In this document: piece by piece, positions 12,773-23,685 of the stretch
How the letters are laid out: each line of letters opens with the position of its first letter
How positions within the stretch are numbered: position 1 is the stretch's first letter
Source of the DNA: Podarcis cretensis
Lineage: Eukaryota
Reading direction: 5' to 3'
DNA length: 64,000 bases
Assembly (NCBI GenBank): GCA_951804945.1
Contig: OX638157.1
Span: 51,212,001 to 51,276,000 of the forward strand
The notes under the pieces: model-generated
What the model was told of the DNA's origin: nothing
Seen by the model: the letters and a program-made list of their open reading frames with translations, nothing else
The model's database searches: none
Made by a program: the position numbers and the translations under genes

Positions 12773-13145
12773 ATAGAAGCAGAATTATGGCGTTGGAAGG
12801 GACCGCAAGGTGCAATGCAGGAATCTCAACTAAATTATCCAGGACAGATGACCATTCAACCTCTGCTTTAAAAAACCTTCAGTGAAGGAGAGTCCACCAC
12901 CTCCCAAGGTAGCTAATTCTTCTGTCAAACAGCTCTTACCATCAATAAGTTCTTCCTGATGTTTAGTCAGAGTCCCTTTTCTTGTAACCTGAAGTCTACA
13001 CTCTGAAATAGGAGAAAACAAGCTTGCTCCATCTTCCATGTGACAGACCTTTAGATACTTGAAGATGGCTATCATATCGCCTATTGGTCTTCTCTTTTCC
13101 AGGCTAAACATACTCAACTCCCTCAACCATTCTTCAGAGGGCTTG
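12773..13145 (-). mobile_element. CR1 LINE 3' end (ORF2 C-terminus plus tail)
   Basis: ORF 12830..13126: RELSMFSLEKRRPIGDMIAIFKYLKVCHMEDGASLFS...KQRLNGHLS is the CR1 ORF2 terminal motif (LFSLEKRRLRGDM). Confidence 0.9.
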
Positions 13146-14632
13146 ATGTGTATGTTGGAAACACTAACAGGAAGCTAGCTTCAGTGAATTAGAGTCTTGC
13201 ATCATGAAATACAACTCATGCTGTATATTAGGAGAAGTGTTTAGAAGTTGCGTGAAATTAATGCTCTTGGGTGGAACATGGTGGGCGTACACAAGTTCAT
13301 CCAAACAGGGGTAAATTTAAGAAACAGTACTCTGTGAAGGTACTGAAGGCAAGGAACAATGGAGCTACAGGAAAGCTTTTATTTGTTTATCTGGATCCTG
13401 TGCCTTAAGATTGAGCTATTCATGTAGTGCTAATAAGCCAGTGGAAACAGCATACAGCACTATGCAAAGTTCAATGAGAATGAATGTGCAGGGTATAGAT
13501 TTGATGAAAACTCATGTTTCACACAAAGTTCTGGAAATGCAGTTTCTGTGATCCACTGTGCTGTAAGCCTCTAAAAATACAATTGGCCAGAAAATAATAT
13601 AGAAATTTATGTTGCATTGATTTTAGCAAAAACATTCAGACTTGGCAGCATTATACATATTTTCAACTAGGAAGAAGTCCAGAGTCGTTTCTTTGGTTAA
13701 TGAACAGTTGGTACTCTTAACAACTACAATTTAATGACTCCTAAAAGAACAATTAACAAATAGAATGAAACAATAAGAGATATTAACACCTTGGGGAAAT
13801 CTACACTTACTACAGAGGTATGGTTTGGGTTTCTAAGCAAAATAATTGCATTGGTTATGTATCTTTCATCTACATTTTCTTTTTTCTTTAGAATAAAAGG
13901 CAACTTTTTATTTGTTCTTTTTCTCTTTGCATGCTTTGTTGAAATAGTCCAGTTAAAGCTCATCAAATGTTCGTAAAAAATATTTCAATAAAATAAAATT
14001 AACAACAACAAATAGAACAGCCATAACTTAGAGAGCCTAACAATATCAATGAAACCTTTGGTTCCAGATCCATTGTCTTTCATTAAGCAGTAGAGGCTGG
14101 TGGACCCTAAACGTGGTGTGGCTGCAAGGAGGACTCCATCCTTTTCCCTTGAAAAAGTAACAGTGGGTACATAAGGGATACAGTTGTAGAAGTATTTAGC
14201 ACCCAAAGTGTATTTCCCTTGTTCCGAAGGGGTTTCTGCTGCTACAGTTGCTACTCTGCTGGGAGAAACAGATGTGGCCCTGCATGTTCTGGTTCTGTCC
14301 CTATCCTCCTCTGCAAAGACACAGTGGAATCGTAAACATTGCAATTTTGTTAACACTTAGCATTTAAGTATCTCACCTTGGTTCAGAAGGGACCCTTGCT
14401 GTCACAATTGTAGGTTCATGCCAAAAAAACTCAGAAATACATTACTCAGAAATAAACCCCATTGAATTTCATGGGGATTGTTCCATGATATATGCAGGAT
14501 TACACTCTGAATACTTGCAAAAGCATTTTCAAATTTTGCGAAAGGGGTTAAAACAAAGCATCTGCTTCTGTTGTCAGCAGGTAAGAAACCCCCACAAATC
14601 CAAGTTGTGATTCACTTGGGGATATGGCAGTA

Positions 14633-14800
14633 CAGTGGTACCTTGGTTCTCAAACTTAATCCATTCTGGGAGTCCGTTCAGCTCCTGAAACCATTTGAAA
14701 ATCAAGGTGCAGCTTCCGATTGGCTGCAGGAGCTTCCTGCACTCAATCAGATGCCGCGTCCGGATGTTTGGCTTCCAAAAAACGTTTGCAAACTGGAACA
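14633..14800. mobile_element. Truncated Tc1/mariner MITE (one TIR)
   Basis: Begins TA-CAGTGGTACC and shares acttaat.c.tt...gg...tccgttc with the 29842 copy; no right TIR found. Confidence 0.65.
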
Positions 14801-15589
14801 ATAAAAACAAAGGGCTTGCCCTGTTTTACTTTTTGGGAGAGAAAGAGGCTGGAGAAAAAGACTAAACCTTGGCTTTGGAGATTTGGATTGTGGGGGGGTC
14901 AGAAACCTGGTAAGGTTATGCCCCACTTTGCCCATAAGAGGGACCTCCCCTGCCGTTAAGTGACAATAATCTTTAAATTATTTAAGGAGAATACATTACA
15001 CCCAAAACAGTCTCAAAACTGACTTGAAAGAAATGCATTCTTCAAAGCAGTTTCTTCTTCTTTTAATCATTCCAATGGATATAGTTAAATACTTGACTTA
15101 ATTCAGAGTGATTTAATACCTTAGTCCTGGGCAGTTCTCCAAGTTGTATTTTCTTATGGCTTCTGAATGAAATAGAACATGTTGTGCATTAAGTCCCTCT
15201 TTACATCTTGTTAGATTCTGCTTATTTATATAAATATTTTATACTGCTTTTCCACCTGTTTGAAGCTGTGCTTCTAAATGTAAATGTAGATTGGACATTT
15301 GTCCTTCTTATATTTGAAGTTCCCAACTCAGTTTTCAAATCTGTCAGGCTCTTGTTGGATTTTTAGGCTATTTTCAAAGTTGTTAGTAATTACTTTCAGT
15401 TGTTAGTAATTACTATCGTTTGCAAATTTTGTGAATCTACTTCATCTAGGTCATTTGTGTGTAGATGAAGAACAGTACCAAACCAATTGATCCTTATTAT
15501 TTATTTACTACTTGAAAATGATACATTTATTAGTCTTTGAGTGTCTTCCTTCTTTCCTTCTTCTGAGGTGATCAAGTTGGCATACATAT

Positions 15590-15985
15590 AGTTACCTCTA
15601 TTTCATATTCACAACAACTCTATAAGGTAGCCTGTTCAGATAGACTTGTCTAAGGTCCTCCAGTGAGCTTCCTGGCTGAGTGGAAATTCCAATACAGTGG
15701 AACCTTGGGTTACATACCGTCCTCCTTACGAACGGTTTGGGCAACGAGCTCCGCTAACCTGGAAGTAGATGCTTCTGGTAGCAAACTTTGCTCCAGGGTG
15801 TGAGCGGAAGTCACGCACCGGTGGCACGGTGGTAGTGGGAGGCCCCATTAGCAAAAGCGTGCCTCATGTTAAGAATGGTTTCAGGTTAAGAAAGAACCTC
15901 TGGAACAATTAAGTCCATAACCGGAGGTACCACTAAATAGGTCTTTCTAATCTTAGTCTAACATTCTAGTCAGTACACCATGCTT
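15590..15985 (-). mobile_element. Old MIR-like SINE split by a MITE
   Basis: cacaacaactctataaggtag...aaggtcctccagtgagcttcctggctgagtgg, continuing after the MITE as ggtct...tagtctaacattctagtcagtacacca, resembles the reverse strand of a tRNA/core SINE. Confidence 0.55.
15695..15935. mobile_element. Tc1/mariner MITE, inverted relative to the 29842 copy
   Basis: TA-CAGTGGAACCTTGGGTTA ... TAACCGGAGGTACCACT. Internal ggaggccccattagc and tttcaggttaagaa are reverse complements of motifs in 29842-30080. Confidence 0.8.
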
Positions 15986-18290
15986 CCCCTCTACTTGATT
16001 CTGAGATTTCCAAGGCTTTTCCTTATAAGTTGTGAAATAATTTCCTTGTAGATTTATATTGATGTATATTATGTAAGTATTCATTAATGTACTTCCTTAA
16101 CATTTGCACCAGTATCCCTTATTCTTCTTATTCCTATCTGTATTGTCATTGTCCAAAATAAAAAAGTTTATGAGTTTATGGCATCTGCATTGTATCCCTT
16201 TCTGCTTGAGCCAGCAGCCCACATCTTAAAGGCTATTTTTTTCCTTCTAGATGCCTCACTGTACATCTGAAATAAACCTGACCCTTATACTAATAAAAGG
16301 AGACTTGGCCAGCAGCCAGGTTATGTGCGGGAACCTGCCTACTGAGTGGTAATTTGCTTCCTTTGTGCTCTGTACCCTGATCTGTGCCTTGGATAGGCCA
16401 TTTCACAACAGTTGTCAACAGCTTTTTTCATGCCACACTCAGACAAATGAGTTGCCATGGGATAGACAAGCAAAATCATGTATAGAGGTGAGGTACACAG
16501 CTGCAGGGTATCTACCCTTTGCACTATCCATTTTTCTGCTCACTGTGCTTCCTGCCAGCCCTCTCAAACTAGACTCCACGGTTACCATTGCTATGTCTGG
16601 GTGAAAAGGGAGGGGCACGAACCTTCTCTGGTATTTGGCACTAGCTTAATGAAAGTGTTGAAGTTAGAAATTGGAAAATGTTAAGTCTCACTGGATAGTA
16701 GCCTATGATGAGATATGTGTTTGTAACTGGCTTGTTATGCTTGGAATCTAACACTTTGTTCCTTGTTTAAAGCACACACGTGACCTTCCTTCAATTTCTT
16801 AGTCGTTCCCCTATTTTTATATTTCCATAGTTCTGTATTTCTTAATGTCTGTGTAAAGCAGGGTTGGTTTTTTTCTTTTTGAGGTTAACATGAATGTTAT
16901 ATAGGAAAGAGTCCTGGCCCAAGTAACACCTGTATTCATTCTGAATTTGCAGAGTTGACTTGTGAGGTGTGAAATCCATGAATCTTTTCCTAGAACATTG
17001 CGTACACTGAAAAGGACATGTCACAGGTGGATGATGGTTGTGCTCCTTTTGAAAGAGCATCTTCATAGCTTGGAAATACTTCTGAGACAAGCATTGTTTC
17101 TAGAGGCCCAGGTACAGAGTTCCTTACTAGCAACAGGTTCACTAACTTCAACTCTTCCCGGAAGGGATAGCCTTCCCATAGTGATCTCCTTTTTCCTAGT
17201 TTACTTTCCCAGCAGTGATAATGAGATCTGGGCTTAAGGAGGGCACCAATTTGCTACTCCTTTGTCTCATTGTAGCGCTAGCGCTGTTGTCAGGTGAAGT
17301 TTGACATGTGGCAATGGGAGAAACAGTCACAACAGGGAACTATGGCTTAATTCAAGCTGGGAACTTTGCACTGGATATGACAAGTAATGGAAGGAGTGGA
17401 AGGATGAGGAAAGAGCACTCAGACTTGACACTGAACTGGACTCAGAGTTAACTATATAAAATCTATTTTTTTCTTAATCATGCAAGTAAGGCAATATTGT
17501 TCCACAGAGTTATTATTTTGCCTTTCTTTTTCTAATCAGGAGTTAGAATGTCTGCACAACCAAAACAAATTAAGTTACAATATAAAAGTGGGATAGGTGT
17601 GGAATGTGTGACAAATGGAAAGGATAATTGGGGAGTCTGGGACAGCAAAATGCTGAAGCTGAAGTTATCACATACAGGTGCATCCTTATTTTAAAGTGAG
17701 CATCCTCTTTCTTTGTTCATTAGAGTCAGCAGCAGTCGTTGTCTGACAAGCACAAAACACTGAGCTTCGGTTGCCTGATTAATGATTTCCAGCCACCATG
17801 TGGGTGCTCTTGATTGCCAAAGAATCATATACAAAGTAGTTTCAGTACTGATAAATTCAGGAGCTGTCTTTGTTTATCCCAGAATTGTTGTCCATAAGAC
17901 ATTTTCACATGTAATATGCAGCATAATTTTCACCTGTACACAAGCCAGCTAACTATATTTTCTCTCATTCTCTGTGTATGTTGCTGTCAAGTCTATAGAA
18001 GCCATTAGTGTCTTGTTCAGAAATAGGATATGTTTGTTGTATTTCAGATTTTCAGCATTTCCCCCCAGATACATGGACAGTGATTCAACAGTAACCAATG
18101 TTAGTTATACTCAGAGTAGACCCATTGAAATAAATGAACCTACTCTATGACTTAGTTACCACTCATTGTATTACAGTGAGAGCTCTTTATATTTGATTAT
18201 CAGATGGATATTATCTGCAACATGGCAATTCTTCAAGCACCCAATTAGTTATGTGAATCAGCTTTAACATCTCAGACATCATAAAGCAAT

Positions 18291-18475
18291 ATTATTATCA
18301 TTATCATTATTAATTCAATCTCTTACCCACCTTTCACTGTAAGGTCACAGGGCACGTAACAGCAGTTTCAAAATAGAATATTAAAAACTGTTCAAAGCAA
18401 TTTACAATCACAAGAATAGGGTGGGTTCTGAAATATACCTCTCAAGTGTCAAAAGAGCAGGGCAAAGATGTAAAT
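18291..18475 (-). mobile_element. L2-like LINE 3' UTR/tail remnant
   Basis: (ATT/ATC)n tail followed by tacccacctttc...aaggtcacagggc...aaca, resembling squamate L2 3' ends. Confidence 0.45.
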
Positions 18476-18637
18476 TTATGCCCAAGGCTAGTTGCCAGGA
18501 TTTTCCCATAGGGATATATAGGAGGGACTGAGCGGTCTAGTTCAGACCAAGGACAGAAATTCAGGGGACAAATCTCACCACCTATGGAAGTGACCTTGAT
18601 AGGCCAGAGCAAGTCAGAAGATACTTCCTGCTCTTTT

Positions 18638-19739
18638 TTTTTTTCCTACCACACTCAGGTTTTTAAATTCACATCTTTGAATGTCACGACATCTCTCCCT
18701 GCTGAGTTGTTTCTAATGGTGGCAGGAGCTCTCACCGCTCCTTTGGAGACTACAACGCCCTTCCTTAGGTCCATGGTTTTGGGAACAGTCCCGCCCCCCT
18801 CGCCAGTTCTCTGGCGGCATCACTTGAAGATCTTTCCCTGGTTGAAGGCTTTGCCAGCGTGCTTAAACTCACCCTCCCACAGGAAATACTCCTCCACCAT
18901 CATCTTGCACTCCTTGCTCTCCAGGTCCAGCTTCCGCCAAGTGTAGTATTCGTAATCCACCTGCCAGTCAGGGCTCAGCAGAAAGGTTAGCTCCTGCCCA
19001 CGGAAGACCCAGATGCCAGAGATGCACCTGGCGTTGTTGGTGCCAAATTCTCAGCAAACTTCTTGGCATCAAACTGTGCCATCTTCTCGCACAGTTTCAC
19101 CTCTCCCAAGACAGCATTGAACTGAGGCTGGTTTATGCAGGTCACAAACCAGTGGTTGACGTTTTTGTACGGCTGGTGGAAGGATGGCTCCAAAACCTGC
19201 TTATAAAGCCAGATAAGTGTGCAGACAATCGTGATGTCAGCCAGTGTGGTGCATTCCCCCACCAGGAACGTCCTGGTCTTCAAATGGGCACCAAGGAGGG
19301 CAAGAATCCGCTTTACTTGCTCCTTGGCATACTCTGTAGTCTGTTTGTTGTAATGCATGATGCCCAGTGTGGGGAAGACCCCACGTGCTGGCAGGAGGGA
19401 CAATGTGGCTGTCCGCAACGCTCACCCACTGGATGACCTGTGCAGCTGCCTCCTTGGTGGGTCCTCACAGCTCCTCATTACTGACATAGTGTGCAATGGC
19501 ATTGCTCTCAAACATGCAGAATCCATCGTCTCCTTCAAAGGCTGGAACTTTCCCAGCTGGGAATTTCTTCAGGAACTCTGGGGTCTTGTTGGTCTGCCCA
19601 AAGTGGAATTGGGGTGGGGTGGAGAGGACCTTGATCTTGGCGCCACTGTACTGGGCAGCTATGAGGGCTTTGAATGCCCGCCAGTTCTCGGGGTAGGTGT
19701 AAAGAGTCCCAGCCGCCGCCATCTTACCAAGGAAAGGAC
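18638..19739 (-). pseudogene. EEF1G: Processed pseudogene (retrocopy) of elongation factor 1-gamma
   Basis: ATG at 19722: [27 protein letters not shown]...; middle [33 protein letters not shown]; C-terminus [45 protein letters not shown] (stop 18820-18822). Intronless, with poly(A) (T11 at 18634-18644) and 16-bp TSD tacttcctgctctttt (18622-18637 / 19740-19755). Premature TGA at 19465-19467, +1 frameshift near 19380, internal deletion at 19047/19048. Confidence 0.97.
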
Positions 19740-22700
19740 TACTTCCTGCTCTTTTAAAGTACTTTTAGGTCCAGTTTGCTCACCAGTCTGAGCAATAAAG
19801 AGAGATTTGCACAAATGCCTTCACTTTGTTCCTCCTCCCACTGCATCTCCACTTTTGCCTCAGCTCAAACTGCTCATTACTGCCCCAAGTCAATCATGTA
19901 TGAGCAGGGCAAGCCATCACAGTATCAAGGGCGGAAATATCTTGCATGAAAAAGTGCAGCACACTGTGGCATTTCTTTCTAAATGTCATTAAAAACAATG
20001 TTTCCTAAAGGTGTGTCAGGCTATGCTAGTGAGTTTCAGGAAGATAGGAATGAATAGAATACTGTGATCTCCAATAAAAAACTGAGAAGGAGAATTCCTA
20101 GTAAAATGATATAATGAGAAGAGCATGGCAGTAATCATCCCCCCAAAATGTTTCATTCATGTATTCAAATACTTCTGAATGGGAACCATTGCTTTATCAA
20201 ATCTCTCAATGTTCCTTATTTTTGTATGAAAGGATTTATAATATCTATTGTACCACACAAGGATTTTCTGTGGTCAAGACACATATCAGGCTAGTAGGCA
20301 TATTTCTTTCATGTGACAAAAGTACATTGAGATGAATCCATCTACTTCTTATAATTATTTCATGGCAGCACATGATGTCCAATGGTTCCCAGCATGAGTC
20401 ATTTAGAATATTTAGTACCACTGTGTTGACATTCTGCCAGGCACTTGCTGATAGCCGTGTGTAAGGAGTTTTGTTGCTGGATTTGATTCGCCTCAAAGCA
20501 GGTCGCAAATCTCAGTTACAGTTCAGTAGATCATCGAGATTTTATTGTTTAAGTTAGCTCTGTTTTTCTGGCTTGCTTCCAAAGCAAAAACTCAGAGTGT
20601 GGGTTCAGAGGGAAACATGAAGGGAAGGGCTGAAAAGGCAACCTGCTGCTAATGTGTAATTCGTAACTTGGTTCCGACTTTGACATTGTCCCCTGAGGAA
20701 TGACAGCAGTTTAAATGGTTATAAAATTCATATCTTTGTTTAGAAGAACAAAGATTTTCTGTCGGTTCTGCAGGTTGATGTGTTTCTCATTCTTGTCATA
20801 CTCTTAATCAAGGGATACAACTGACATCAATTGTGCTAAATATTACTAGCAGGAAGCTGCAGATAACAAGGCTCTCAATATAACTTAAAATGACAAACCA
20901 CTGGCACACCTTTCCACGTTGAAATAAAAACCACCTACCGTGTCTGTGTGTAAGAAAAATCACAGGCGCTAGAGAAAGGGATATTGGGTACACAAAAACA
21001 TTTTAGAGAGAGCTACCCTTCTGTTTCTCCCTGCCCCCTTCTGTTTCCAGTGGTGGTATGTGTCACTCAGTTTGGTGCAGTAAAGAAATAGTGTGGAAGT
21101 AAGGCATAGATCTCCAAACATTTGGTTGCTATGTACCAGGATCATTGGATGTTTCCACCACATTGTTTGCCTATGTAAGGAACAACAAGGCTGTGGATTA
21201 CTAAATCTTTCAGGTTACAGAAACTCCATTTGGCTCCGAAAGGCTGCTCCTGTGGTTGACTTTTCTCCCCAGTTGGCCTTAATTATTCAGAAGCACTCTC
21301 TGTTTTGAATGTGACCACTCCTGGGATGAAACCATCTGAAGCCCTCTTAAGTCACTGAGATTTAGAGCTTTCTCAAATGGGACTATAACCCCCTGTATTC
21401 ACCTGTATTAATCAGTGCATGATTATCATGAACAAATCAAGATATAGCTGTAGATGAGTGAGGTTGGGAATGGACAAACTTTTTAGCCTGACCCTTACTA
21501 TCGGGGTGGAAAGAGTTGTCACAGAGTACCTGCATTTTGTTCTGTCAGCTCTGCAGCTGTTATTCGGTATATATCTGATACACTCTTTAGGTAGTAAATT
21601 TATAATGTTCACAATGGCCATGTTTCCCAAAACACCCTTGCTTTTTAATAGTGTGACTATGAAATACAATAGCGATGAAGAACTTGTATTCTGTTATTTT
21701 AGGGCAGCTAGTTAATCTATTCCACATTCTGACGCATCTTCCTATTGTGCTATGCCTCCCTGAAACAACTGCCTTTATAATTATCATTAATTATGTCATG
21801 TAAAGGATACACTGTGTACTTTGGCTTCTGTTCTCAGCTGTCTGTAATATTTCAGGGCTGAAATCCTCTTTTACTTCTAACTACCAGATTATTATTCCTG
21901 AATTTTACTCTTACTGCTCTTCTTGTCTTTTAATGCCCCTGGTTTAGTTTGGTTTTGGCCAGTGACTGAAGAATTTGTTCCTCTCTTTCCAAATGTAAAT
22001 GCATTTTAATTTCTCTCCCCACCCCTCTTGTTTGCTACATATGAGCTATTAGCTGACATGTTTATTTTCTAGAGTCTGGACCAGCTTTTAAAATTTGTTT
22101 TGCCTCCTTCAATTTATAAATGTTATAATCAATTATTTAGCTATCATTTCCCATGTGAGTCCTAAGCAGAATAGTTGATAGCCCTCACACAGGCCATTCG
22201 AAGAGACAGGCGTCTCTGAAGCAGCTGACACTGGTGAGCCCAGCTAGTTTCCAACCTCTCTTGAGTGCCAGAGTTTTGAGGGCCAGCCAGCAATTGCACA
22301 TTTCGTTCATCACTCAGCCAATGAAAAGGATGTGTTGTGCAAGTCTCTTCACTCCCCTTTGCTGAGTTTGCATTGTTTTGCCCATTGCATATTCAGCCTC
22401 AGGGTAGCATTGAAAGAAAAAGCTGGCCATCAGAGAGAAATACCCTCAAACTACAGCAGTGTAATTGCACTCAATCAGCATCAGCTTAGCATCAATAATT
22501 AGGCAGGGGCCTAATAATAAAGCTGGCATCTAGTCTAGCCAGTGAAAACATGAGTACTACTATAGAACAGACACAAATGCTTTCAGGCAAAATTAACTTC
22601 ATATGAAGAAACTACTTCTTTAGCTATTGCAATTGAATATGAGCAGGAGATTCATTGCATTAACATGGTATTTGTGTTAATAATGTTTTCTTTCTCATCC

Positions 22701-22790
22701 TTACTGAAGTTTCAGCTAAATAATTTTATTATTTTGCTTGTGACATGCTGTCTTTTCGAATCTAATTAAAACTTACTTTTTCGTCCTTAG

Positions 22791-22949
22791 GTGGAAAGAG
22801 AACTCTGCAGAGATGAGCTCTTAATTAATGCACAGGGTCCCTGCGAGTCCCACCTCTCAACAGCAGTGATTGACATCCAAGGATACATAAATTACACTAA
22901 TTGAGCTTTGCATCTACGCAATCTTTCCACAACCGACTCATCGGAGGAG
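22791..22949 (+). other. Candidate 159-nt non-coding or poison exon
   Basis: Branch-like CTAAT (22762-22766), polypyrimidine tract ttactttttcgtccttAG, perfect donor GAG|GTAAGT; stop codons in all three frames. Confidence 0.4.
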
Positions 22950-23648
22950 GTAAGTGAGCAGACCAGCATAAAAAGTTACTTCAGCATGCCTGTGTGCTTT
23001 CCCTTTGGGGGAAAATATTTCCAGATTACTGAACATATGTTTCTACAGAAGACAGATTTTCTCTTCACTTTCTCTCCACTTTACTTTTTATTTAAAAATA
23101 TTAGCATCTTAATACAGCCTCTTACTCACCACACATATCACGACTGCCGGCAGCAAAATGTTACAAATCAGTGACATTATCCAAATAATCACTTGGCAAC
23201 ACTAGTTGATTTTAAATTATATTGAATCATTTCTTTATCTAACTAGGTGGGGATAAAAATTAGTCTTAACTACAGATAATCTCTGTCAGAGTTTAGAGGC
23301 CATGTCACTTGCATCAAAGGTCCTGCTGAAATCACCCAAAATTACACAGATTAAATGAGTCTAGATATATATTTAAAAGTACTTTTCTTTTGGGCCCAAA
23401 GAGTTATGCTCATAAATTCGCTGACATAACTTAGAGTGCTTGCTAGATGTAGAACATATTTTGCAACTTGGTGTGTAAGGACACATTTGAAGGAGCATGG
23501 TAAGCTTAGCATCCAGCTATATTCGCCCCCCAAAATGGCCGAAATATGTGGTAGTATTGGTGCAATAACAAATTGCTACCTCATTAGACCCCGCAGTGTC
23601 ACTTTCACATGCCTGCGTATCCCACCTCCTGGATGACTTACAAAACAG

Positions 23649-23649
<1 letters not shown>

Positions 23650-23685
<36 letters not shown>
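23650..23685. repeat. (ATT)n microsatellite
   Basis: Perfect ATT run. Confidence 0.95.

Noticed and set aside
16251-16319. Candidate 69-nt + strand coding exon (MPHCTSEINL...)
   Set aside because: Good acceptor but weak donor (GTTATG), and the peptide resembles nothing I recognise.
18987-19722. EEF1G as a functional retrogene
   Set aside because: Stop after codon 85, +1 frameshift near 19380 and an out-of-frame internal deletion.
18584-19791. + strand ORFs of 120, 94 and 144 aa
   Set aside because: Antisense shadows of the EEF1G retrocopy.
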